From: Candidatus Woesearchaeota archaeon
GTDB taxonomy: Archaea > Nanobdellota > Nanobdellia > Pacearchaeales > GW2011-AR1
DNA length: 52,917 nt
NCBI GenBank assembly: GCA_964494915.1
Contig: CAZBTP010000002.1
Location: forward strand, 1 to 52,917
Reading direction: 5' to 3'
Shown: one piece after another, positions 36,673 through 44,701 of the stretch
Numbering within the stretch: the stretch's first letter is position 1
Layout of the letters: each line of letters starts with the position of its first letter
Program-made: the position numbers and the translations under genes
Notes under the pieces: model-generated
The model's database searches: none
What the model saw: only the letters and a program-made list of their open reading frames with translations
Told to the model about the DNA's origin: nothing

Positions 36673-37068
36673 ATGGGAGAGAGAGCACAATCAGCAGCTG
36701 AATTTATTATTCTTGCGAGCGTGTTGCTCTTTTTCTTTCTTATTCTTTTTTTCGTTTTTCAGGAGAATATTTCACAGCGGGCGAGGATTCAACGAGAGGG
36801 GACTTTACGAGAGGCTGCATTTTCTATCCAGAACGAGATTACTCTTGCGGGCCAGGCGAGTGAGGGATATGAACGTACTTTTCTTATTCCTGCTCTGATT
36901 ATTAATCGTAACTATAGTGTTATGATTGTCGATACAACGTTGCTTTATCTTATCACGACCGATAGTGATTATAGTATTACGCTCCCTATTCAGAACACTA
37001 CAGGGCAGCCGCGGCAGGGAGGCAATACTATTAAAAAGATTAACTCTACGATTTATTTGAATAGTTGA
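36673..37068 (+). CDS. Archaeal type IV pilin-like protein (class III signal peptide)
   Basis: MGERAQS/AAEFIILASVLLFFFLILFFVF. It starts 1 nt after the previous stop. Confidence 0.6.
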   Translation: MGERAQSAAEFIILASVLLFFFLILFFVFQENISQRARIQREGTLREAAFSIQNEITLAGQASEGYERTFLIPALIINRNYSVMIVDTTLLYLITTDSDYSITLPIQNTTGQPRQGGNTIKKINSTIYLNS

Positions 37069-37348
37069 TTATCTGATTTTATTTGATAACCTCCTTATGT
37101 CTAAAACTATACTTTTTAATTGCCTTTTTGTTTTTCTATAATATAAAAGAGAAATTGTAATGATGATTATAGAAATCCCTAATCCAAAAGCCAGCCGATC
37201 TACATCCCATATAAACGTCCCTAATGTGCCTCTCTGTCCATCCAACCAATAGACATTCTTGATTTATAATACTTTTTCTTAGCGTAACATGCGATCATAA
37301 TGGTTGTGCGTTTGTTGTCAGAGTAAGAAAAAGAGATAGTGATCTTAA

Positions 37349-37679
37349 CTAAGCCGCTAAAATACGAACTCCTTTAGACCTTAGTTGGGAACATAACTCT
37401 ATTGCTTTTTTATCTAATCTATTACCCCTAACATCCAATCTCTCCAACGACCCCAATCCACCTATATTCTCAGGAAGACAAGTTAATTTATAGTATATAA
37501 TCTATAAAGGGTTAGCCTTTTTAGGTGCTAACCCTATGTTGTTTTTATCCAAGAAACAACATTAGTTAATAAGAAAGAGAAAGAAAATAAACCTTTTCTA
37601 TCAGTTAAACAAGTCTTTCAAGACCATTGGTTTAGTTATAAGTTGAATCATCATCCAGCGATGATCCTTGATTTGTCAT
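37349..37679 (-). pseudogene. Decayed second copy of the LRR gene, with its interior replaced
   Basis: The 3' part (37349-37488) translates to ..LTCLPENIGGLGSLERLDVRGNRLDKKAIELCSQLRSKGV.., homologous to the C-terminus of 37909..38382. The 5' part (around 37655-37723, including ATG 37679 and the upstream TATA region) matches 38357-38425. Stops follow after 15 codons. The middle holds the 55-nt element plus unrelated sequence. Confidence 0.55.
37491..37545. repeat. 55-nt element, identical to 52863-52917, with a 9-bp stem hairpin and TATA-like box
   Basis: tagtatataatctataaagggttagcctttttaggtgctaaccctatgttgtttt is 55/55 identical to the last 55 nt of the window. The hairpin is AGGGTTAGC-(10 nt)-GCTAACCCT. 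Confidence 0.8.
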
Positions 37680-37694
37680 TGTGTAGAAACATAA

Positions 37695-37912
37695 AATCCC
37701 ATATATAAGTATTGTTGTCTTGGTGAATTTGTCGAATTAATCCCAAATACAGACTTTGGCGAGCATACTCATGAAGAACACACAGTGCATGTAATCTTGA
37801 AAGGAAGCTTAGTTTAATTGATCTGGATGGTACAACTCGTAGAGTCTCATTCAGTCCTAATGGTTGTGTGTTTGTTGTCAGCGTAAGAAAAAGAGATAGC
37901 GATCTTAACTAA
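37695..37912 (+). pseudogene. Cupin-domain gene fragment, N-terminally truncated and frameshifted
   Basis: ..FGEHTHEEHTVHVILKGSL (cupin G.H.H...E motif) runs into a stop. The +1 frame continues SLIDLDGTTRRVSFSPNGCVFVV..DLN*. There is no start codon in frame. The 3' tail is part of the duplicated unit also seen at 37298-37352. Confidence 0.35.
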
Positions 37913-38382
37913 AACCTGTAAACAGAAACTCCTTTAGACCTTAGTTGGGAACATAACTCTATTGCTTTTTTATCTAATCTATTACGATTAACATACAATA
38001 TCTCCAACAACCCCAATCGACCTATCCCCTCAGGAAGAGACGTTAATTCATTAAAATCAACATACAATTCCTTCAATGAAGGTAATCTACCTATACTCTC
38101 AGGAAGAAAAGTTAATTCATTATCACCAACATCCAATGTCTCCAACAACTCCAATCTACCTATATTCACAGGAAGAGCCGTTAATCCTAGACAGGAACAG
38201 TCTAGATAAGCAAAATGATTTTTCTTTATTCTTATTTTTTCGGGGTTTTCTCGTAAATAGTCTTCGGCGTTTTTTCCTACAGATCTAAATAATTCAGAAA
38301 CTACTTCGTATTCTCCTCTTTGAACGCTATGACCCAAGAAGTCAACTAGATCATCTAGCGAGGAAGATCCTTGATTTGTCAT
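37909..38382 (-). CDS. Leucine-rich repeat (LRR) protein
   Basis: Four or five ~23-aa LRRs (LTALPVNIGRLELLETLDVGDNELTFLPESIGRLPSLKELYVDFNELTSLPEGIGRLGLLEILYVNRNRL). ATG 38382 (MTNQGSS) avoids overlap with the alaS 3' end. Confidence 0.65.
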   Translation of the reverse strand: MTNQGSSSLDDLVDFLGHSVQRGEYEVVSELFRSVGKNAEDYLRENPEKIRIKKNHFAYLDCSCLGLTALPVNIGRLELLETLDVGDNELTFLPESIGRLPSLKELYVDFNELTSLPEGIGRLGLLEILYVNRNRLDKKAIELCSQLRSKGVSVYRF

Positions 38383-38431
38383 TGTGTAGAAACATAAAAT
38401 TCTATATATAAATATTGTTGTCTTGGAACAA

Positions 38432-40231
38432 TTATTCGAGACGCGCCTTAATCCTTCGCACACCTGCAGCAATGCCTTCTTCTTTTATAATAACGAATCT
38501 GCCGAGCATACGTGTATTACTCACATGCGGTCCAGTACATATCTCCTTACTAAACCACCCACGCTTATCTTTCTGGTCAATAACACTATAGACGAAAACC
38601 AATTCAGGGTACTTCGCACCGAATTCTGCTTGTGCGCCTGATTCGAGCGCCTCGTTGAGGGGCGCTTCTTCTTTTACGATCTTTAAATTAGCCTGAATCT
38701 TTTCGTTCACAAACGTTTCAACACGCTTCACTTCGTCATCTGTTAGCTTTCGAGGAAAGTTAAAGTCAAAACGCAATCGTTCTGACGTGATATTTGATCC
38801 TTTCTGTCGTATGTTTTTATCAATTACTTGTCGTAACGCTTCATTGAGGAGGTGTGTTGCCGTGTGGAGTTTTTTTGTGGTTTCACTTTCATCGGCGAGA
38901 CCTGATTTGAATATGCCTGCGTTCATTGTCCGAGAGAGATCTTGATGTCGTGAAAATTCTTGATTGTATTCTTCGAGATCTACTTTTTTTCCTTCTTCTG
39001 CTGCAAGTTCTTGTGTCATTTCGATTGGGAAGCCGTAGGATTGGAAGAGTAAAAATGCTTCTCTGCCGGTGATGATTTTGTCTTTTACCATCTCTCGGAA
39101 TTTTTTTAGTCCTTTGTCGAGCGTTGCTTGAAATCTCTGTTCTTCAGTCGTGAGCTGTTCATAGATGAAATTTTTATTTCGTTCTAGTTCTTGATAGTCT
39201 GGGTAGAGATTGATAATTACTTTTGCTATGTGAACACAGAATTGTTCTTTTATTCCGAGTATTCTTCCGTAGCGTATTGCGCGGCGTATTAATCTTCGTG
39301 TGATGTATCCTTGACCGATGTTTGAGGGCTGAATTTTATGATCGTCACCAAGAATAAAGGTTGCTGCTCTGAGGTGATCTGCGATGATTCTCATTGGCCG
39401 CTCATTTTTTTTGTATTGCTTTCCAGATACTACTTCTATTTCTTGGATTATTGGTTGAAAGATGCTTGTTTGGTAGACATCGTTTGTTTTGTTGAGAAGT
39501 GTAATTGTTCTCTCGACACCCATGCCTGTGTCGACATTATGACGGGATGCTTTTTCATAGGTATTGTTTTTTGTCTTTATGTATTCCATGAATACGTCGT
39601 TCCAGATTTCGACCCAGCGTTCATCGTTCGGATTAAATTTTCTTGGTGGTTTTTCTTCGCCTGTCCAGTAGAACATTTCAGTGTCTGGGCCACATGGTCC
39701 TGTTGCTCCTGCTGGTCCCCACCAGTTGTCTATTTTTCCTAAAAACGCGATTCGTTCTTTTGCTAGGTTATGTGAGATCCACATGTTTGCTGATTCGTTA
39801 TCGCGCGGCGCATCATTGTCGCCTTTGAAGACTGTTATCGCGAGTTTCTCAGGCGAGAGTTTTAGTACTTCAGTTAGAAATCTGAAACTATATTCGATTG
39901 CTTCTTTTTTAAAATAATCTCCTAGGCTCCAGTTTCCTAACATTTCGAAGAAGGTGTGGTGGACTTTGTCTCCTACTTCTTCTATGTCTTGTGTCCGGAT
40001 ACATTTTTGTACACTTACGAGGCGCGTGCCTAATGGGTGTTTTTGTCCAAGCAGGAAGGGTATTAAGGGGTGCATTCCTGCTGTTGTGAATAGCACTGTT
40101 GGATCGTTTTCTGGTATGAGCGATGATGATGGTATCTCTCGATGATTGTGCTTTTTAAAGAATTCGATGTATGCTCGGATGAATTCTTGCCGCGTTCGTA
40201 TTTGCGGTGCGTGATGTAATCCGCGTTGCAT
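38432..40231 (-). CDS. alaS: Alanyl-tRNA synthetase, short bacterial-type (catalytic + editing domains, no C-Ala domain)
   Basis: N-terminus FFKKHNHREIPSSSLIPENDPTVLFTTAGMHPLIPFLLG, RTQDIEEVGDKVHHTFFEMLGNWSLGDYFK, and editing-domain motifs HTATHLLNEAL and CTGPHV. Only 599 aa. Confidence 0.85.
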   Translation of the reverse strand: MQRGLHHAPQIRTRQEFIRAYIEFFKKHNHREIPSSSLIPENDPTVLFTTAGMHPLIPFLLGQKHPLGTRLVSVQKCIRTQDIEEVGDKVHHTFFEMLGNWSLGDYFKKEAIEYSFRFLTEVLKLSPEKLAITVFKGDNDAPRDNESANMWISHNLAKERIAFLGKIDNWWGPAGATGPCGPDTEMFYWTGEEKPPRKFNPNDERWVEIWNDVFMEYIKTKNNTYEKASRHNVDTGMGVERTITLLNKTNDVYQTSIFQPIIQEIEVVSGKQYKKNERPMRIIADHLRAATFILGDDHKIQPSNIGQGYITRRLIRRAIRYGRILGIKEQFCVHIAKVIINLYPDYQELERNKNFIYEQLTTEEQRFQATLDKGLKKFREMVKDKIITGREAFLLFQSYGFPIEMTQELAAEEGKKVDLEEYNQEFSRHQDLSRTMNAGIFKSGLADESETTKKLHTATHLLNEALRQVIDKNIRQKGSNITSERLRFDFNFPRKLTDDEVKRVETFVNEKIQANLKIVKEEAPLNEALESGAQAEFGAKYPELVFVYSVIDQKDKRGWFSKEICTGPHVSNTRMLGRFVIIKEEGIAAGVRRIKARLE

Positions 40232-40260
40232 AGACTCTTAGGATTTGTGTGATATATAAA

Positions 40261-40605
40261 TTATGCGCTTGCTTGTAATGCACTTAACTTTCTTTTGATC
40301 ATTTGTATTTCATCATTGAGCGAGAGCTCTTCTTTTTCTTCATTCGTTGGCTCTTGTTTTTTTTCTCGCTCGCTTGGGAGTTGGTAGGCGGTTTGCGGGA
40401 GGACTTTTTCTAGTTGCATGAGCAGTGTTATACAGCTTTCGACTTCGTTTTTTATTGAGATTCGTAAAAGAAATTCGTCGTTTCGTAGTTTTTTATAGTT
40501 TCTAAATGCTTGGAGCGCGTTCAGTGTTGCGAGCTGTGTTCTTAAGAGACCTTTTACCGAGTATAAACGCTCAGGTATTGAGACTCGTACGTATTCAGAA
40601 TTCAT
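40261..40605 (-). CDS. Hypothetical helical protein
   Basis: 114-aa ORF with native C/A-ending codon usage for a minus-strand gene. It starts 1 nt after the upstream gene's stop. No family recognised. Confidence 0.4.
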   Translation of the reverse strand: MNSEYVRVSIPERLYSVKGLLRTQLATLNALQAFRNYKKLRNDEFLLRISIKNEVESCITLLMQLEKVLPQTAYQLPSEREKKQEPTNEEKEELSLNDEIQMIKRKLSALQASA

Positions 40606-40606
40606 G

Positions 40607-41266
40607 TTAGTCGACCTTTTCGAAGATATTTGTGCTTACGTCATCTACTCGTGCTTTGATTTGCACGAGTTCTCGCTCCCATGCTGCAAGTTCTTGTTCT
40701 TCGCGCATTTTAACTTCTCGAATTTTCTTCATAAGGGCATCGATTTCTTCTAGTTTTCTTCGTGCATCACCCAAGGCGCGGCGTGCTGAGCGGAATTTTT
40801 CGAGGCGGATGTATACGTCGCTCTGTTGGAATGGAGGCGTGTTTGTTTCTTGGATTCTTGTCATGTCTGATATTACTGGCGGACTTGATTGTTCATTCGG
40901 TGGTGTTATGCGTGTTGATGGCGGTCCTCGGTCTGTTGGTAATTGTGTTGGGTACCATTCTTCCATCTCTACGACTTTCGCTTTCTCTGAGGTTTCATGT
41001 TCGTTCGGAGGTGGTAGTAGTATTGCATTCTCTTGTTTATACTCTCCGTCTGCTACTACCTCTTTAATTACTGCTTCTGTGAATTTGTTGTGGGAAGGAG
41101 CGTTAGGAAACGAGGGTAGTGCGTGTGGCTCAAATGATTCGGAATCTTCTTCTGGCTCAGGAAACGTTGGATGGGGTCGTGGTAGCTCGCTGAACATACC
41201 GGGTGGTGTTCGGGGATAAGGTAAATCAGGAAGGGCTTTACGATCCTCTTTTTTGTTCCAAAACAT
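40607..41266 (-). CDS. Hypothetical protein: Pro-rich N-terminal half, C-terminal coiled coil
   Basis: 219 aa. The N-terminal half is rich in P/E/S. The C-terminus RLEKFRSARRALGDARRKLEEIDALMKKIREVKMREEQELAAWERELVQIKARVDD is predicted coiled coil. The opposite-strand ORF 40632..41219 is a shadow ORF. Confidence 0.45.
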   Translation of the reverse strand: MFWNKKEDRKALPDLPYPRTPPGMFSELPRPHPTFPEPEEDSESFEPHALPSFPNAPSHNKFTEAVIKEVVADGEYKQENAILLPPPNEHETSEKAKVVEMEEWYPTQLPTDRGPPSTRITPPNEQSSPPVISDMTRIQETNTPPFQQSDVYIRLEKFRSARRALGDARRKLEEIDALMKKIREVKMREEQELAAWERELVQIKARVDDVSTNIFEKVD

Positions 41267-41388
41267 ACCTCTTTATTTTTAAATTGATTTATATAAGTTT
41301 AGATTAACTTAATAAGGACAACAATTTTTCATTTAACGTTTTTGGTTTATGGAAAGGTATTTAAGAGATTTTTTGTACTCTGTATTAT

Positions 41389-42144
41389 ATGCATAAACAG
41401 AAACGTAGCGGGCTGCCGAGGAGGAAGAATTATGAGCATCTGCATCTACTAGCGCTGCTTAAAAAGATTGTTTTGCGTTATGGTGGTGTTGATGCTGAGC
41501 ATCTTGTTGATATTCTTGAGCGTAAAAAAGATGTTAATGAGTTTTTTATTGCAAAGAAACTTGGCTTTACTATCAATCAAACGCGGAATATTCTCTATAA
41601 GCTTGCTGATGCTGGGTTGGTTAGCTTTATTCGAACAAAAGATAGGAAGAAAGGAGGATGGTATACTTATTTTTGGACGCTTGAGGTTGAGAAGAGTCTC
41701 CAGAAGTTTAAGACGAAACTTCTTGATGGGATTCAGGATCTTCATCAGCAGCAACAGAATAGAAAAACGAGCAGATTTTTCTTTTGCAATAACTGCGGAC
41801 TTGAATATACCGAAGAGCAGGCGCTCCAATATACTTATACGTGTCCTGAATGTGGGGAGACCTTGTCTATTCGTGAGGCAGAGGATTTTGTTGATGGCTT
41901 GAGAAAAGAGATCAAAAAACGGAGTGATCTTTTGCATGAGGTTGACGACGCTTTGCGTCGCGTTTCTGAAAAATACGAACTGGCGCGGGAGCGACGGATT
42001 GCGATAGAAAAGAAGAATCGGGAACGTGAGCTGAAACGGAATCGAGCGCGGCGTCGAGCTCAGATTCGTACGAGCAATAAAAAAGTGCGTTCGCCTTCAA
42101 AAAAGCGTATGAAGAAATCTATGAAATCAAGGCGGAAGAAGTGA
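41389..42144 (+). CDS. tfe: Transcription factor E (TFIIE-alpha homologue) with long basic C-terminal tail
   Basis: wHTH (EFFIAKKLGFTINQTRNILYKLADAGLVSFIRTKDRKKGGWYTYFW), a zinc ribbon (CNNCGLEY...CPECGETL) and a K/R-rich tail. Confidence 0.7.
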   Translation: MHKQKRSGLPRRKNYEHLHLLALLKKIVLRYGGVDAEHLVDILERKKDVNEFFIAKKLGFTINQTRNILYKLADAGLVSFIRTKDRKKGGWYTYFWTLEVEKSLQKFKTKLLDGIQDLHQQQQNRKTSRFFFCNNCGLEYTEEQALQYTYTCPECGETLSIREAEDFVDGLRKEIKKRSDLLHEVDDALRRVSEKYELARERRIAIEKKNRERELKRNRARRRAQIRTSNKKVRSPSKKRMKKSMKSRRKK

Positions 42145-42845
42145 TGAGACCTTACTCCATCCGTCGAACGCGTACGCTTCGCGATCGAGCAGGAAATCTT
42201 TCAGCTGTTGCTTCTTTTATTATTCTTAGTGTTATTGTTTTTCTCTTTGTTTATATTTCATTGTTTTTTGATGAAAGGGTTTTTACTTATCTTGCTCTAA
42301 AACCGAGCAGTATTGCTCGTGGTGAGTCGTTATGGACGCTCGCGAGTCACATGTTTGTTCATGGCGGGCTTGGTCATCTTGTTCTGAACATGCTGGTTTT
42401 GTTTTCGTTAGGGACACTTGCGGAGCGGATCATCGGGAGAAAGCGTTTTATTCTTTTGTATATTAGTGCAGGTATTCTCGCTGGTTTGTCTTCTGTTGTT
42501 TTCTCTCTTCTTTTTGGTACGACTTCGATTGGCGAGCGCATTTTTGGAGGACCTGATGTTTATATGGTTGGGGCTTCTGGTGCGATTTTTGCGCTTGCAG
42601 GACTCTATGTTGTCTTACTTCCGCACATTCGTTTTATGATTATTTTTTTGCCTTTCTTTTCTCTGCCTGCTTGGCTGATGGTGCCTTTAACGCTCATTTT
42701 TATGTGGGTTATTAGTATTCTTGGAAACTGGCCTATTGGCAATGTTGCTCATGCGAGCGGCTTTTTGGTAGGTATGGTGTATGGTTTTTATCTACGCTTT
42801 AGCTATCATAAAAAGGTTCTTCTCCTTCGTCGGATGATTCGGTAA
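42141..42845 (+). CDS. Rhomboid-family intramembrane serine protease
   Basis: HMFVHGGLGHLVLNM, catalytic GASGAIFALAG and a downstream His (NVAHASGFLVG). ATGA overlap with tfe. Confidence 0.8.
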   Translation: MMRPYSIRRTRTLRDRAGNLSAVASFIILSVIVFLFVYISLFFDERVFTYLALKPSSIARGESLWTLASHMFVHGGLGHLVLNMLVLFSLGTLAERIIGRKRFILLYISAGILAGLSSVVFSLLFGTTSIGERIFGGPDVYMVGASGAIFALAGLYVVLLPHIRFMIIFLPFFSLPAWLMVPLTLIFMWVISILGNWPIGNVAHASGFLVGMVYGFYLRFSYHKKVLLLRRMIR

Positions 42846-42846
42846 C

Positions 42847-43440
42847 ATGGGCATAAAAAGTAGATTAAACGCGAAGCAACAATTTCGAGAAGCGCTTCTG
42901 TACATTCGAGAATCTATTTTTTATATTCTTACTATTTGCATTCTCTTTATTGCTAGTATTTTCGTTGGTTTTATTTTCTATGAACAACTTTCTCCCTTTA
43001 TCCTGCCTATCCTTGCACGGATTCTCGAGCAATCACGGGATTTGGGTACCTTGGAGATGATTTTTCATATCTTACAAAATAATTTTTTTGTTGCATTTAG
43101 TGTTGCTGTTCTTGGGATTGTGTTTGGTATTGCTCCATTATTTGTTACGATTGGAAATGGGATTCTAATCGGGTATGTTCTTGCGCGCGTCTATATTCTC
43201 TCGGGACTTGCGAGCTGGTTGGAACTCCTCCCCCATGGTATTTTTGAACTTCCTGCAGTTCTCTTTTCACTTGGTCTTGGTCTTAAACTTGGGTTTAGCT
43301 TTTTTCAAGGACAGGGGAACGTGAAGAAGCTTCTTACCCAACGGTTTTATCAGACGATGAATGTTTTTCTTATGATTATTATTCCGCTCTTGATTATTGC
43401 GGCTTTTATTGAGGGGATTCTTATCGCTTTTTTACGATGA
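42847..43440 (+). CDS. SpoIIM-like membrane protein
   Basis: LPHGIFELPAVLFSLGLGLKLG is characteristic of the stage II sporulation protein M family. About five TM spans. Confidence 0.65.
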   Translation: MGIKSRLNAKQQFREALLYIRESIFYILTICILFIASIFVGFIFYEQLSPFILPILARILEQSRDLGTLEMIFHILQNNFFVAFSVAVLGIVFGIAPLFVTIGNGILIGYVLARVYILSGLASWLELLPHGIFELPAVLFSLGLGLKLGFSFFQGQGNVKKLLTQRFYQTMNVFLMIIIPLLIIAAFIEGILIAFLR

Positions 43441-43481
43441 GGTATACATAGATTTAAAACTTCACATTTTCTTTGAACGTC

Positions 43482-44018
43482 ATGGTTTCAGAGCATGTGA
43501 GCGAGAAAAATATTGATGAACTTGATGCAGATCTCGAGATGCAGAGTATTCGGAAGGTTGAAGCTGCACTTTTTGTTGCGGGAAGGTTTCTTTCTCTCCC
43601 TGAGCTTGTTTCGTTGACTGATTTAAGTCCTATTCTTTTGAGGAAGGTTCTTAGTGATCTACAGGATAAATATCGCGAGTCTGGGATAGCTGTTGTTCAG
43701 AAGGACAATCAATGGAAGATGGATGTTGCTGAGGATTTTGTTTCCCTTGTGAATAAACTTGCAACGGGTTCTTCGGAGTTCTCAAGAGCGGAGCAGGAAA
43801 CCTTGGCGATGATTGCCTATAAGCAGCCTATTAAACAATCAGTTATTATAAAGATACGCGGTAACAAGGCATATGATCATATTCGGCGATTTGTTGAGCG
43901 GGATCTTATTCATAAGAAAAAGATGGGGCATACTGCCGAACTTACTTTAAGTGATAACTTTCATGATTACTTCCACCTCACGGCTGGGGAGGAAAACGAT
44001 GGCGCTCAGTTTCATTGA
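43482..44018 (+). CDS. scpB: Segregation and condensation protein B
   Basis: IRKVEAALFVAGRFLSLPEL and EQETLAMIAYKQPIKQSVIIKIRGNKAYDHIRRFVERDLI (tandem wHTH ScpB pattern). The ATG at 43482 is preferred to the TTG at 43473. Confidence 0.8.
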   Translation: MVSEHVSEKNIDELDADLEMQSIRKVEAALFVAGRFLSLPELVSLTDLSPILLRKVLSDLQDKYRESGIAVVQKDNQWKMDVAEDFVSLVNKLATGSSEFSRAEQETLAMIAYKQPIKQSVIIKIRGNKAYDHIRRFVERDLIHKKKMGHTAELTLSDNFHDYFHLTAGEENDGAQFH

Positions 44019-44071
44019 TATAATCTTTTTTTTCTATATGTTTATCGGAACCTATATGCTTTCTCTTTTTA

Positions 44072-44701
44072 TTATAAATATCTTTCTAAGTCTCTTATAT
44101 TGGAGATTTCTATGGATTCTTTTTCGTTTATTATAACAATCGGAGTTTTTTCTATTGAGTATTTTTCTTTTATTTTTTTAATGTGTTCGGACTCTAAATC
44201 TGCGTCAAATGAATAAACCATTATTCTCTCTGGAGCAGTATTTTTAAAAGTGCTTAAAATGAAACCTACTTTTTCGCTTTCTTCCTGAATTTCTTTCTTG
44301 TTAGAGTAAAAGAATAAAATCGTAACAAAATCTTTTTCGCATTCAGTTTTTAATTTCTTTATGAGTTCATAATGTTTTAGCTCCAAGGCGGTATAAATAG
44401 ACTTTTGCTCTAGGACGCGATAATCGTCTTTTCTGAATCTTATTTCTAACAAATTTATTTTAATTCCTGTTTCATCCAGCAGTTCGGACGCTTTTAGCAA
44501 AACAGAATCATCGCAATTTAATATTGAAAGTTGATTAATTTTGTTTAACGATTCTAAAATTACGCTGTTCTTGCTTTTGATGTTGTTGTAATTTAAATAA
44601 GAAACTGATAAGGATGTTAATATTATTATTAAAAACATTATATTTGTGAGTATAAACGCGTAAAACATTTTTTTTAGATAGTAATTTCTGGTTGGTTTCA
44701 T
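44072..44701 (-). CDS. Membrane-anchored hypothetical protein, co-transcribed with GT2
   Basis: N-terminal TM. AT-rich island composition. 4-nt overlap with the upstream GT2 gene. Confidence 0.4.
   Translation of the reverse strand: MKPTRNYYLKKMFYAFILTNIMFLIIILTSLSVSYLNYNNIKSKNSVILESLNKINQLSILNCDDSVLLKASELLDETGIKINLLEIRFRKDDYRVLEQKSIYTALELKHYELIKKLKTECEKDFVTILFFYSNKKEIQEESEKVGFILSTFKNTAPERIMVYSFDADLESEHIKKIKEKYSIEKTPIVIINEKESIEISNIRDLERYL

Noticed and set aside
26997-37068. Calling the filament locus an archaellum (fla/arl operon).
   Set aside because: A KaiC/ArlH-like ATPase and a FlaI-like ATPase are present, but I see no archaellin-type major subunit, no ArlC/D/E or ArlX, no clear ArlF/G, and the platform is split. 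I keep the neutral label type IV filament locus.
37100-37300. Possible ~55-aa membrane ORF on the minus strand downstream of the pilin genes.
   Set aside because: It has no ATG start, only a TTG. It lies in a region full of decayed fragments and has no recognisable family.
40632-41219. 195-aa + strand ORF opposite 40607..41266.
   Set aside because: It is Ser/Gly/Cys-rich with no structure-like pattern. The minus-strand ORF has a sensible coiled-coil C-terminus, the C/A-ending codon usage expected for minus-strand native genes, and tight coupling to the next gene.
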